This document shows positions 1-57,200 of a stretch of DNA of 64,000 bases, one piece after another. Below the pieces are notes generated by a model. It made no database searches, was not told the DNA's origin, and saw nothing but the letters and a program-made list of their open reading frames with translations. Each line of letters starts with the position of its first letter. Position 1 is the stretch's first letter. The stretch spans positions 25,338,299 through 25,402,298 of the forward strand of contig NC_134025.1 of the NCBI RefSeq assembly GCF_964204645.1. Reading direction: 5' to 3'. Origin of the DNA: Tubulanus polymorphus. Taxonomy: Eukaryota > Animalia > Nemertea. Position numbers and translations under genes: made by a program.

Positions 1-655
1 TCCGTATCGGATTCTACTGAAGAAAGAGTGACTTGTGGTAAGTAAAGCTGTAACATCAAACTTTTCATGTTGATTCGATGGGTTTTCGTTATATTTGGAA
101 GAAATGTTTTGCAGATATTCGTTTGCGAGTACGGGCTGAGTGCAGTCAACATGAATCAGCACTACAGGGTGCTATTGTATCGCAGAAAGAACACTTATTA
201 GAGAGGCAATTCGAGAAATTTGACCAGGCAAATACGATTCTGAAATCCAGGGATTTAGGTTCTATAGTTTGTGATATAAAGTTTTCTGAATTGACATATC
301 TGGATGCATTCTGGCGTGATTACATCAATGGTTCATTACTGGAGGCATTGAAAGGAGTATTCATTACAGGTGAGACAAATTTCATTCAATGAAGCGTACT
401 TCTTGACAATAGTCAAAACTTAGTTGACAATGATGTAAACAGGGTTCATGGTAGTCAATGAAAGTCTTTGAATGAATTTTGGTTATCATATTTTCAGAAT
501 CATTGAAGCAAGCAGTAGGCCAAGAAGATATTCAGCTTTGGGTCAACGTTGATGAAGATGATTATGAATCGGGCCGACGAAAACTGCTGCCAAACCTCAG
601 AAATATTCACAAGTGCAACAACATGACATCGCCGTCAAAAAATTCTCATAATTGA
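1..655 (+). CDS. DEDD: Death effector domain-containing protein (DEDD), last three coding exons; 5' part lies outside the window
   Basis: Exons <1-37, 115-369 and 498-655 (stop TGA 653-655), all GT-AG with phase-1 introns. Spliced peptide: ...ERVTCDIRLRVRAECSQHESALQG...ERQFEKFDQANTILKSRDLGSIVCDIKFSELTYLDAFWRDYINGSLLEALKGVFITESLKQAVGQEDIQLWVNVDEDDYESGRRKLL. This matches the highly conserved DEDD C-terminus as I recall it. Confidence 0.95.
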
Positions 656-1868
656 TGTTTTCAATGGGGCTCTGAAAATGTAGGCTTAAACGCTCATAAC
701 CAGCAAGCAGCACATGTTCATACTGGTATATGTTCTCAAGAAGTATTCTCATTTACTCATTTCCATTTCCTGATAAATGCGAAAGAGTATTATGCTACTG
801 GGGATGAAATGCAATTATAGTTAAGAAAGTTTTATTATTTTTCAAATTAAATCAATAATGTTGCTTGAAGTGCATCGGCGAATGACTGATAGTAAGTTAT
901 TGTCCAGAAATAAGCAATGCGCAAAGTACTGTATGTATATTTGTAAGTGCGATGTTTTTTCAACCCAAGTAACACTATATAATATAGGAGGGATTTGAAT
1001 ATTGACATGCCGCATAGAAACAGTTTATGAATTGTACTACACTTAAATTACGTTTTCTATAGAAACCAGGACTCTTGAGTTAGAGTAAAACAGTTCATTT
1101 TCAAATGTCTAAACTTCCTCTAAAGTCGGATTATGATAACTAAGAACTGGTTTCAAACTTACTTGAATCTGGATTAGTTAATTTGATTGGCAGCAATTAA
1201 GAGATTTCATCCTCCTAGAGGTAGTGTAATAATTTTTTTAAGGCACTTGCCAAGTGTACTAAAATTTGTATATAAATATATTTATCAGACCGGCGTTGAT
1301 AAAATGGTAATGTTTAACATCGCTAATGATGAATTGGTCCCTCTTTGATAATACAGCAATAGTAATTGTTCCTCTTTATTAGCACTAAAACCAAGTGGTT
1401 TCAATTGTTTTGTTTATAATCGATATAAAGTTAAGTAGTAAGAGGTCTATTAATATTATACACTTCAATTTCTGCTGCAAAGGCCTCAAAACTGTATATA
1501 TGTGTCTTGTTTATCTTGTAAATAAAATAAACTGTTACTATTATGTTTTGATTATTACCCAGGTCCAAGAGAAACATTTTTTTTCTAAGATGATTTTGGT
1601 AATTATTTAGACGTAGATGAAATTACCGTTGATGTCTACAGTCTTATATTTCTTGTGTTTATGTTGATGTAAAAAATTTAATACGTTTCTTGAATTCTTG
1701 TGCTGTAATAAATGTCTTTTTGTATACAACAATAACGTATCATTATTCGATTAATTGAAGGTTGAAGGCCCAGCCTCTTACACGCTGAGCATTCATTATT
1801 CTGCCTGCTAAAAAATTGATCAGATCTTACGGAGTCCGGTGATCCTCACAACCGAAATTAGGGGTAAA

Positions 1869-2013
1869 AGTGGAACCTCGTTACAACAAACTCGGGTACT
1901 AGAAAATATGTTCATTATATCCTGAAAGAAATTATTAAGATAGTCCTGTTTGGGAAAAAAGATGTAATAACCGATAAATCGTATTATCTAAGGTCATTAT
2001 TACGAGGTCCACT
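1869..2013. mobile_element. Short non-autonomous DNA transposon (MITE) remnant between DEDD and MRPL10
   Basis: Imperfect terminal inverted repeats agtggaacctcgttacaa (1869) and ttattacgaggtccact (ending 2013), resembling Tc1/mariner/pogo-type MITE ends. No clean TSD. Confidence 0.5.
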
Positions 2014-2226
2014 ACCACACTACGGTTAGATGAATCTTCATGGCAAGCAAAATCGATCCTTAGAAAACTGCTAGCTATGCTGTACAAGTAGTTTTTCATT
2101 TCATTTTATTAACTATCAACGAAAATAGTAGATGCACAATAGAATATGGGCTATAGTACACGCAATCTCTACTACATGTTTCAATATATGAACAAAATTT
2201 GTATTCCTAGTTTTGAAACAACTTCC

Positions 2227-3677
2227 TCAAGTGCCTGTTGAAGAATCTTCTTGTGATGATTGTTTGACGTATTGATCCAAACTCATACTCAATGTTCCTT
2301 GATGAGAGTTCATTAATTGTAATGTTTTTCCTCCAGCAGCAGTGTTCAATATACTAACGATTTGACCTCTCATCGCATCGAGATCGGGTAAGGCAGCATA
2401 TCTAAGTAGTCCTTCCTGAGTAAACAACTTGTCATCAAGTAACCCACCTGGAAATAACAACAATTTCAATTTATGAAAGTATTATATCTGATATTACTAA
2501 CAACTGAATGATTTCGTTCCGTTGCATTGAATCGGCTGGAAAATTGTGTCAATTTGACATAACTTCATAATTCTTTACTACCCTAATTTCAAAAATCATT
2601 AAATGTAGAATATTTAGGCTTGCCAACATTAACTCTGACTAATTGGACTAAAATTATTTCTCTACTTGAGACAAAATCAAGGGTACCCGAATTTTTGCAA
2701 AATGCTTTTTACCTAGTATGTGGAATTTGGGATATTTTTTCAACACCTTGACCAGATCTTTAACTTTATCTTCACTACTGTATACGTAATAGTTGAATCC
2801 AAGAATCAATGGTGAAATGTTTTCATATTTACTGTTAGCAATTGTTCGTCTGTAATGAGCAATAAGTTTGAATTAAAGCAACATAGAATAGGTGTACACA
2901 ATGAATTCAGGCACTATTATCGTAATAAGCACTTACAGGACAACCTTCGTATTATAATAAACTCCATTAATTCCATGATCCATCAATGAATCATTGAACT
3001 TTTTATATTCGATTCTCGACATAGCTTGAGCATGTAACACCAATACCATTTTGTTATCAAACAGCTCTTGACACCTTCGCACAAGGAAATCTTCGAACAG
3101 GTTCACCTGAAAATTTATAATAATTGCAGAATTAATATAGCAATTCAATAACTTCAGGCGCCATGATAGATAGTGACCAGATTGGAATTGCCCGAATCCA
3201 TCATATTTAATTTTTTCTTCAAAATACCTCCAGCTCCTTCTGTTTTCCATAACTGCAAGTTTCGGAAAGTTTCATTATTTCAGGAATTACAATTGGCCTG
3301 GTAACAGCTTCTAAAACTCTTCGTTCATGATGCCTCGGTCTTGGTTTCTGAACATTTATCTTCGATTTGTAACGTATTGTTGTTATTTCCTGACGGTAAA
3401 TGTGGCTCAACAAAGAAGGACCTATAGTAAATAACACAAAATACTTCATAATCCATTTCCCCATTTTAGTGTTTACCTAGTCTACAAACTGCGACAAAAC
3501 AAGTGTATATTATCAACTGAATTGACAATACAAAATTCTAAATACTCTTATCTAAATGTACGCTTCAATTTGCCTCAAATCTGAAAAATCTTGTGTATCA
3601 TACTTAGTTTAACACGGCAAAATTAAACGGAAACTTGATAAAATCTGATACTTACGCCGGCAAACGGAAGCTGCCAT
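2227..3677 (-). CDS. MRPL10: Mitochondrial ribosomal protein uL10m (MRPL10), 5 exons, 247 aa
   Basis: Exons (minus strand) 3677-3656, 3421-3228, 3106-2937, 2849-2713 and 2447-2227 total 744 nt with consistent GT-AG phases. Basic N-terminus MAASVCRRPSLLSH resembles a transit peptide. RYKSKINVQKPRPRHHERRVLEAVTRP and the C-terminal FHILGGLLDDKLFTQEGLLRYAALPDLDAMRGQIVSIL are typical of metazoan MRPL10. AATAAA on the minus strand at 2105-2110. Confidence 0.92.
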
Positions 3678-4020
3678 TTTGTTTTGAGAAGGACGCTGGA
3701 GCGTTGGTGCTTATCAAAAAATTATCGGAGGAATCCCTCATTGTTTATGGCCCATTATCCCAGTCTTTTTATGCCGCATTTATGTAGTAATGATTCGGTG
3801 CTGGGAATTGTGTATTAGCATTTGTTTGTCATACACAAATACTCAAACATCAATCTTATTGTTTACGTGAACGATGAAATAAATATATTTGAATTTGAGT
3901 TAACTCCCGAGTTCATGAACGCGGAAGTAAATAATGCGGCGCCGCGTACTGGAGAATCAATAATTCGAGAATTCCCAATTGACCCTGTCAAAATCTTCAC
4001 TCCATGGACCGTGGTCATGT
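3678..4020. promoter_or_regulatory. Probable bidirectional promoter shared by MRPL10 (-) and hyccin (+)
   Basis: MRPL10 ATG at 3677 sits in a YY1-like context (AAAATGGCAG). An ETS-like CGGAAGT occurs at about 3922, with a CpG-containing patch and a possible + strand donor (cat|gtaaaa) at 4019. The hyccin ATG exon begins with a splice acceptor at 5433-5434, so an upstream non-coding exon is expected. Confidence 0.5.
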
Positions 4021-5464
4021 AAAATAGGGTATTGTTGTTTATGTAATCAACATTTAGTGCTTTTATTCTTCAACTTCAGCGCGTTATTTTCATTTCAGCG
4101 ATTCCCCTGGGCTAGCTTTGGCATTATATGATTGATTCCACTCCTTCCATTCCAATTGCAATGATGGATGTTAATACACTCAACATGCTCAATGACAAGT
4201 TCTTGTGCCATCCGTGGCCATTGGGTTGCCTTGCTTTTTATGCCTACTAAAATTCAGACGTGTCCGTATTTATTTGTATGTGTCCGTACGAATAGCCACT
4301 TCGTAAAACGAAAGTACAGGTTCAAATCATCTGTGTATGTAGTGTATGCTGTTTTTAGAGCTGTAGGGTGTTTCAAACTATTAGAGTGTGTTTATCTATT
4401 CACTGCGAAAAGTGACTGATTGCTGATTGTCACTTATGACCTGAGCACGCTCTGACTAAAGTCGCTTAGTCGCTTCTAGTTCTGTCACTTCCTAGGGTGG
4501 GCTTATTCTGGTTTTGAAATAGGCCTAATACATATTCACTATGCCTGATTACGGACATGATCTATCAATCAAATTTTTTAAAACACTGATGTAGTGAAAG
4601 CCATTCAGGAGACAAGTGATTATAGAATTAATTTCTAACTATATACATACAGCGCCAGCGGTATATTGCTAATGCGCCCCCTTAAGGTTCATGTGGACCC
4701 TCGAGCACATAGTAGTATAGGGAGTGCCATAAACCAGACACTTTCAGGACTGGATGAAACTAATACAATAATTACAGGCCAATTGATATTGATAATCCTA
4801 CTTATTGCTAGATATATTTGCTAGGGTACCTATTCAATCAGATTCATGTAACCTAATTAGCCTTAACCAGACCTGAACAATTCAAATATCAATCATGCGT
4901 TCTAGAAGAAAATACTTATCATCCATACTTAGGTAAGGCCCATATATCCATGCCTAAACAAATTCCAAAAATGCAAGTTGAATGAAAGGAAATAGCAATC
5001 AATGTAATTTATAATCCTATCCATTTAATCTATATGCTTGATAAATCTAAGAAAAATCATATACCGTCCGCCTAGATAGGCTCTGCTAGGCAAAACATCT
5101 AGACAAATTCATGAAGACGAATTATTACCAGAATCAGTAAAAACACAGACACTTGAGAGCTGGGAAACCCCCCTAAAACCAACACTGGCTACCTAGCAAC
5201 AAAGACTCGTGAAACAACCGAGGCAACCTGTCATATAGGCCTGATTGGCCTTCGTTATTGGTTGCAATATGTACAATCTTTATTGCATTGTTAAAAGAAT
5301 CTAAGGACTTAGATGTTGATTAACTACAAAGTTAAGCCATCTTCAAACTTGCAGAGTGTTATTCTTATCATTTATTTCTCTTGATGAGTTATTGATAATT
5401 CGCTTGTTAAAACTTTTTTCTTTTGTTTTGATAGGACTATTGACATTGTGATGCTTTACTAAAA

Positions 5465-48170
<42,706 letters not shown>

Positions 48171-51100
48171 ACAATTCTCGCAGGAAATTGAAGTCGACAA
48201 TGTAGCTTAGCGTTATGATATTAGCATTGTGTCGTTAGTACTCTACGCGATAGCAGGTGCTTCCAGGTGTTAGAAATGTATTTTTGAGCGGTAACCACAT
48301 TCCTGACTTATTTTTTACGCCCAAAACAAACATAAATATGAAACATTGCGTTGATAGTTAATTTAGGAAATCCGATGTTCTATGAGTACCAGTAATAGGT
48401 TACCATGGTTTAAGTCCACCGACATCAGGGCAGCAACTGTAAAAACAAACACAAAATAACTCGTAACATTTTCGTGAATGATCTAACCCTCTAAGTTTAT
48501 CTACATTGGAAAATTTAAAGCAAATCGAATTTAGCCACAGAAATATGAAATATAGAGAATTCCATTCTCAAATCTAGTTAGATGTGCAATTATTCATAGG
48601 AGTAAACGGGTGAAAAGATTTTATCATTGTCTAATGTAAAGATACTGTATTTTTGATAGGCCTCCGTGAATTAGTCCTATCTCTGACTGTAGCGTGATCA
48701 TTGCTCCTCATTGGTCATATTCGGTGTGTTGTGATTTTGCGAAGTCCTGTGCGTTACCTTTAGTCATCGTGTATGTTCTTATAACATGTTGAGATATATG
48801 CATATATATTCAATAACTTCATACAGTTGAAGTGAGTTATTTATTAAAGTTGCCGCTATTATTTGCTTGGTTTAATTAAGGGAATCTAGAATGTAGAAAT
48901 TGTTGTCAAATTATACATGGTTTCGCTATTTTAACGAAAGATATGACATAGTGTAGCTTTGTTACAGTTACTGCATTAAGTTTTCACACGTACTTGTATT
49001 CGTTGTATATATATATATCTTGCAAGCATATTGAAATAGTTGAAATTATTTTCATTCATTCATACAATAATGCGATATGAAAATGATTATTTCATTGATA
49101 ATATTCATGTTTTATATCTCTGTGGGGTTCACCAATAAGCTTCAGTAATGTTTATCCTAGCCAGAAGTGTTATATTAATGTCGTTTCTTCAATATTTGGT
49201 ACACTATGTGTAGCCAGGTTTTTTAAAACAATTTTGTAAATCATTCAGAATAACGAAGATGCCATACACGATGTTGTCTTGTGCTATTGATCGCGCGACA
49301 TCGAGTTACCACGTTTCCAGTTAGTCAGCCTTATTCGATCCTGATTCACTCTATAATCGGCTTTGTAAAAAACGCAAAGAGAAAATTGTAATCTTTTTTT
49401 TTTCTTTATTCCCGTGTACTGCTAAAATAAAATTAGTAGTGGGTCGTGACTGAAAAAATACCCCCAAGTGCCAAAACCTTGTACAAAATCCAATCATAAA
49501 TAATGATATTACCACTCTCATCCACAGGCACACAACTGAGCTACTACATGTATTTCTATTATTGTAGGGTTTACCATAATATGATTTTTGCTTCCATACA
49601 CTTTTTCGTCTTGTTTCGTGTCTCACTTATCACTTAAATATGATTAGACAATTACAAGTCTGACACTGTCGACGTAAATAGGAGTTTCATAATTTCATGG
49701 AATTTGTCATCACAATCATCTAGTCGAGATTTGCTTGTAAATAAATGCAATTCATTCATTGATTCATTCGTAGCTTTTTGCCTCATAGATGATTTTTCAA
49801 TCAGGATTGAATAAGGTGACTAGTACTTAATTTACCTTCCTCACTGGTTCCTCGCGAGACAAAATTCTTTCAATCTTTCAAGTCATGAGTTCTATGAATC
49901 AAATATTGCTAATTCACTAATCAATATGGTTTTACTGGTTTGGTATGATAATCGTATGAAGGCATCACTATGAACCACGTCAAGTATCTTTCTAATACCT
50001 TCTGTTGATCTCGTACTAGGTCAGTGGTTAGTCTTACAGGGTTCATTTTTAGTGTTGAAAATTATCAACACTTCCATTATTAAATCATATTTTACTATGG
50101 TATTCATTACAACTATTGATAATGTATTATCATATATAATCTCAATAAGACTCGACGAATTATTTAACTATGTAGCTTTTGACAACTTCAATTGTATTGA
50201 CACATTTGAGATTGATTTGACTCTCGGCTAATTCGTGGTTTTTACGAGTGACAGGAAACATTTCTTTATGTTAGCTTTGCTGCAATGTTAACGGATATAG
50301 CAAACTATTCCGAATGGAGATGTATATATATATATACTTGTCAGAAATGATTGTAAATTTTTGAGAAAGTCTTTATTGTTGAGAAATAAAAAAGGATATG
50401 AATTGTTGAATATGAATCTTTGTTGTTTCAAATTTGTAGCTATTAAAATTGACGGCTGGAGCTCTAAATTATTTATAATCTAACGACTGCAGACTACTGG
50501 TCTAGTTGAAGGGTAAAATGCCATTAAAGTATCAATATCATCTTAATTATACAGAGGCAATGGACATGGTGGTTCTCCCTTATTTGACAACAGCTATCAC
50601 GACACCAATCTTCTGAAACTGCAGTCTGGTTCTTTGTAAGGCTAGAGTGGCCTTTTAGCAGCCGTTCATCAAAGTTAAGCAGCAGAGTTTAGAAGCAGGT
50701 GAAGCGATGTTGCTAATTGAGTGGAAAGGTATGCTCAGTGAGAAATCAAAGCATATGGGAAAAATGCAATGGGACACAGGTGTTTACATCGGCAGAGGTA
50801 ATGGATTATGATACGGATCAATAAAGACTTGCATGCTCCATCCATCTAACTCTGGCCACAAACAAGTTTCAACATTCCAAGAACTCCAATTTTCAATTAC
50901 CAACAATGCAACTTTTGATGTTTTAATTCAGTCAGTTATAAGCTAGCGCGTAAATATCCTCCCTCTCATCTTCCTATGAAATTTCTCATTATATCATTCT
51001 GTTGTTCCGTCTTAACAAGATTGATCAAGATTGTATCTTGCGATTGTATCAGTTTCACAAAAAAGATTTAACGCAAAACAATACTTTGTATTGTTGTCCA

Positions 51101-54100
51101 TAGTGAAAAAGTTGTCACTAGCAAAATACAGGTCCAAATTAAGCATTTCATTTTGAAACTTGTCCTATTTCTGGACGCGTCTTAGAGTATTGAAATTTCA
51201 TTATCAGTGAAGCATATGCATCTCTGAAATGATTTCATCATATGCAGTTATTAGGAATGTATCATCTATAAAATATCATCAGTCGATATATATCGAAGAA
51301 AGTGTATTCTGCTGTGATATACCAGCGTATTTTAGATTTGAATGTATGCGGAAGTAATGAACCTGAAATCTAATTAACCTGAAATACACTATACTATTCT
51401 AAATTTTGTACTGATCTTACTAATCAGACACTTACAAACGCTGAAATTAAGTTTTCTTCTTTTTCCGGAATTACACTTCTTGTGTAGGGACGTATTGTGT
51501 ATTATAATTATTCCAATGAATATTGAAAGTTAAATTGGTACTACAAACGTAAATCGTTATGTCAATTATGATTTTGTCTATTACATTATTTTCAAACTGG
51601 AAGACAACTTCGAACCTATCAAGTGCATAACTTGTATTCAGCAATTATCCTCCATCACATGCTCTCTGCTCCTTGGGCACATAGATGTCATCAGGTACTT
51701 ATTCCTTTTAGAACAAAGAAAATGTCCTGCGGCTGATGAAAAAGTGCTACCTTTAGCTAGGAATAATGGGTGACCTTTTCGTGACACATTCAGATTCACA
51801 TTGTGAACATAATCCATCATATGTAGATATCCCAGTCTATCATATGTACATACCCGTAATTGCAGTGCGGACTGATCATGGAAAACATGGAAAAACTTAG
51901 CTATATCCTGATGTAAATATTCATAGTGTTACTGAGCAAAAAAATTCATATCTTTTTCATTTTAAGAATATAGACAAATGCTAGTTGGACTTAATGAATA
52001 ATTGTTCCTAGGATAAGTGTAGCTGAACTGAGGATGAAATAATTGTTAGATATGCCAGGTAGTTTCCATTGGAATGTGTAGGTCTACGGCATACGAGAAT
52101 AACAAGTTCTTTTTAGTTTGTCTATATATTTTATTATTCCCTACTTATAAGAACAGCTCCTCATTTGTATTCATTAACTGTTTAAAATTCAACAAAGCAT
52201 AGTATACAATAAAATTAATAAAAAAATCAACAAAATCAACAGTTTTTTTAAAATTCATTTAGAACATGAACACTAACTGTAATTTATCTGTTGTATATCT
52301 TACAAACTCGTATGTACACTTATAGTAGATGTAGCCATCATAATGACACATATTGATATTTACTACAAATAATTTACCACAAATCTGTACAACAATTACA
52401 CAATACCAGAAACATACATCTATCATATAAAATAATCTCCTTATTTGTGCGATTTTTAAACTTTTGGCACACTTTACAAGAATACCTTGGACAAGCACTA
52501 TAAGTTTTTTTCAGTGGAATGCATCAATATAAATTCATCTATGTTCATGCATGTCAGCAGTTTCGAAACGTTAATTTACTGATCTGTATAAGACTCGACA
52601 TACATAACATTGGGAACACATTTTTTGAGGAAACAAGAGCAGATCGTTAGAGGTAAGGGAATTTAGCATTTTTAGAATACAGCCATCTAACTTAAAGGTC
52701 ATCAGTAGCTGGACAACTTTCAGGCAATTGACAATAGAGCAATAGGCAATGGTTGATGCCAATTATGCATAAGTTTGATCGGTTTCCACACTTATTCACT
52801 GACATTTTCCATTTGGAGGGGTGAATTTTATGAAGAGAAACTATTTGGGAAGCCTCAACATTAGTTACATCCGCTAATTATTGATCAAAATTAGACAGAG
52901 CAACCTCAGTACCAAGAATTCAAGTTCCTTAAGAAACTGCAGGCAAACACATTCATTCAAGGTTATTAGAACAACAGCAATTGATTAAACATCCTTGATA
53001 CCTATTAGATAAAAATGGATGCTTCTACATTGTATAAAAACATGAGTAATCATGGTAGAATAACTGCCATAATCAAGAAGAGCAGGCACTAAATGCAGCG
53101 TCTAAGGTTTATCGATAACACTAGAGGAAGGATCCATCAAATAACATTCCCATGGCGAAATGTCACATAAGCTAATATAATAAGATTGATCAATATTGAA
53201 GAAATTCATCATTTTCTATGCTAACATTTCATCAAATATGTCGAGTCTGAAGATACGCATCGCATATGATATTTAAACAATTCGAAAATAAGAATCTTTA
53301 TGAGGTGCAGTTTTTTCAGTTTCGTCAATGTCCATTAACACTAATTTTAGAATGAGAAGAATACTACTACATGGTGATGAAGCAGATAAAAGCAGATATA
53401 CATACATGATGAATTTCAACAAGAAAATCAAGTTAGACATAGACGCCATCTATTGCACTATGCGCTCAGTGATGATTTTACAGGAAATAATGGGAATGCG
53501 AAAATTTTCTCAGGATAAGGAAACTAACAGAATCTCAACAGACATCACAGATTGTTAGGAATACAGCATGTCATTCCTACTGTCAGTACAACGTATGTTT
53601 CACAGGTAGTTGTGTATTTTTTTCTATCAGCCCCATTTGAAAATGCAATGCAACCTAAAAAGTCGGCTGCAAATAACAGACTAGAATCTTTATACACTAG
53701 AGATTTCGAGTTAGAGTCAATGCCAAACATAAAGAACACTGTAATGTGCAACATGGTACAAATTCAAGGCTCTGCCTCATCATTAATTCATACCCAACTT
53801 TGAATATTGGGTTATTTGAAATTCTAATCCTAAGCATCAAGGTACCACAGATCCTTCAAGGCTGCAATGTTGAAATGGGTAATTTACCGGTATATGGTAT
53901 GATAATTTCATTCAAGTGACAAAACATTAAAATCATGAATAAACCTATTGTATATATATAGCACCAGAGTGAGGCACATTTTCATGATTAAAACCTAAAC
54001 TGAGGCAGCAAAACTGATATAAAATTTAGATAACCAGTAATATGAATAGTACGCCTGTATATGTCTCTTTTCTTTGTAGGATTGTATCATCAATGCTGGA

Positions 54101-54276
54101 GTTAGTGACAATGTTGTGTAAAAAATTTACAATTACGACACATCTCCTTCAAGTAGTAACAACCTTTGAAGCAGAATGACTTTGTCTGTTTTGACATCAT
54201 AACAGTGTTATCAATGACTAGACAATATGTTATAAGCTGCATAATGACAGTTTTTACAACACCACATCCAATGTTT

Positions 54277-57200
54277 CTAAACTTCAGTGTCGCGCTGAAT
54301 ATTAAGTGTGTCCATTTGATCAAGAATGAATGTAATTGTCTCTTGTCTGATCGCACCGATATGGGACTTCAGTGTACTAATTTGGTCATTTTGAGCACTT
54401 ATCTGTTCTTTCAGGGTTTGATTTTCAGCTAAAAGGCCCTCCCGATGCTGAAATATACAAATAGATACATAGATATATTAGACCAGGGCAGCAGAATCTC
54501 CATGCATGTAAATGATACATGTACAGTAAATGTACAACACTAAAATGAAAATGAATATGAAAAGTCCATTGTTACAGAAGGAACATGCATATGACTGTAT
54601 AATGAAATTCATGCTTACCTTTTTACATTTAACCAATTTTTCATAGAGGGCTTTTGTTGTATCATCAGGTGATTTGTCCACATCTTCAGTAATATCATCC
54701 TGTAAGTTCATGTTAGTATTAGCACGACCACACAACGGTGACGAGCTTGGACTGACATCGGTTTGGACAGCACGAGTAGCCCGTGTACGCCGCAACCGTT
54801 GAGACATCTTCCGTTTTTTCTGTAGTGTTACATTGCGATTGACTGGCCGATAGGGAGAACTACAAGTACCGGATTGTGAAATTGGTGGTGTGGAAGTGCC
54901 GGAGGCTGCAAAAAGACCCAACAACCAAGGTAAGCTGGCTATAATTCAAAGGCTCTTTTTCCTACGTATCTATTTCATCTTTGAGAATTGGCTAAATCAT
55001 GGAAGGGAGAACTACAGTAGGCATTATCATCGTATTACGCTAAAATACCATTTACTAAATGTTGAACTAATAGTGAAAGCAAACTAGCTCATCGAGATAT
55101 GGGATCTTTCCCTGCAGCCTCGTTGTATTGTAAATCAAAATATGAATAAAAGCATCGAATGGAAATTTGTGTCACTAATATCAAATCCTAGTCTAAAAAC
55201 TAAATTAGAAATGAAATTGTGTTTTTGTGCAATAATCACAAATGTATATACAAATAATATAGATTTCCGGAATTCATGCAAGTTTTTAAGATTAATGTTT
55301 TGGAATTGAAATCCCATGCAAAAACGCTATACATGGTATACAAACCTTTTTCATCATTTGAGACAGAATTTGTTCGTCCATGACAAGCAACACTCGTTCT
55401 TGACCGACACTCCATTACAACCAAATCCTTGCAGTGTTTATGAGCATTAATACCACAATCTTTACACTTCCAACCCTGTTTGATTATTCCCCATAACTGA
55501 AATTATTCATATAAGACTTTTAATTTCTTAGCAATCCCTCAATTTCCGGCTTCATATGAAAGCAAATTATTTACCAAGCCAGTGCATAAGATACAAAATG
55601 TTGGTTTGAAGTAGGTAGTTTCGTGGAAGTTATGTTTGAAGCTGTTTCTTAGGGCATGGCTGTTAGCACGGATGAAATACGTTTCCATTTCCGCCTTACT
55701 GATCATTCCATCTCTGGAAAAAAAAGGTTAAAATGCATATATCGAAAGACACAATTATCTGAAAAGTTTCCTGGATTAAATAACTTACTGATCAGCATCA
55801 AGAACACAGAATGAGTCAATGAATGGAAAGTTCCCAGCAATCGCCTCAAATTCTGATTGACAAATAAAACCATCTCTATCATGGTCATAATTTTTGTATA
55901 CAGCCTATGATGTAAAAATTCACAATCAAATGCATGACAAGTTGAAAAGTTCAAGACCCCGGGCACACACAATTCAAATTCATTCTTTGAATATTCTGTA
56001 AAGAATATTTACCTCAACCATTGCATGGACATGTTTATTGATTGTATCTGGATCAGGCGGGGTCAATCCGGCGACCCAGTCACCAAACATTACCGGTTTT
56101 GTAGGAGTTGAAGGCTAAAAAATTAATAATCATCGATGAATGGAAATCTGCATGAGAGCATCAGAAGAAAAAGCATTTCTCTTAACTCACAGAAGAGACA
56201 GAATTCCTTGGTTCTCTTGCTAGTGACAATTCATAGATTTCATCTTCAGTGTAATGTAGATCAAGGGATAACTGCAAAAATAGAAGCATTATCAGTTTTT
56301 ATGAGATGTCATTTGTTAAAAGAATTTTCCTTTAACTGCAAATTGCTGCTTAGGATTTGCTGCCACCTGAGTTACGATATTGGAACTAAAGCGGTCAGTT
56401 CCCACAGACGTTGTTCACGTTTTTAAATTTTGAATTAGGAAAGGATTTTTACGAATGTCCCAAACTAATGTCAAGAGTTGTTTACTTAATAACTACACCA
56501 TGAGATAATATTTCTCAAACCAATATTAGTCATAAAGTGCTGAACTCACCCTGAGAGTACTAACGAGGTCCATATTCACATCAACATTCAATGCAGTGTT
56601 TTGTACATGCATTAGTTCTGAGAAAGTCACTGATAGTTGAGCCATTTTTCGGAAGTTGACAAGACCATTTCCAATCTTATCTGGTAAGGCAGTGTGTAAT
56701 AAAATAAGGTCTTTCAAGTGAACACCTCTGAAAAATTAAGCTTCTTCCGTAAGCTGGTTTTAGATTTGAAATTTCAATGAGGCCTGGATGCTACCCTTCA
56801 TAAAGGACAACATTCCTAAGGATACTTTGACTTCAGTGACCTTCTGGTCAAATATTTACATTTGATGGATGAACAATGTACATGTAATAGCAATATTTAA
56901 CACCATAGAAATGAATTAAGAAAGAAATCCCAAAACTGCTGTATTATAGAAAGCCTTCTTTTGTTTCATTATCCAAAATATTTTAATATATATTTTCACA
57001 AGTATTATTTCTGATTGTTTGATTTATATTAACAGTGAGTCAAGATCCTGGTAAACAAACTCAAGGAAACCTCTTGAACTTCTGCAATCCCCAAATAAAG
57101 CTCGCCAAATAAACAAATACCAGTGTCTGTTTATCAATACACACGAAGATACATACAAATAAGGTCTTAAGGTCGAATATTCTCAAATACTATATGCAAG

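Noticed and set aside
55085-55120. Possible extra RasGRP exon (gctgcag|ggaaagatccc)
   Set aside because: Poor polypyrimidine tract and an in-frame stop after 6 codons. The flanking exons already join in phase.
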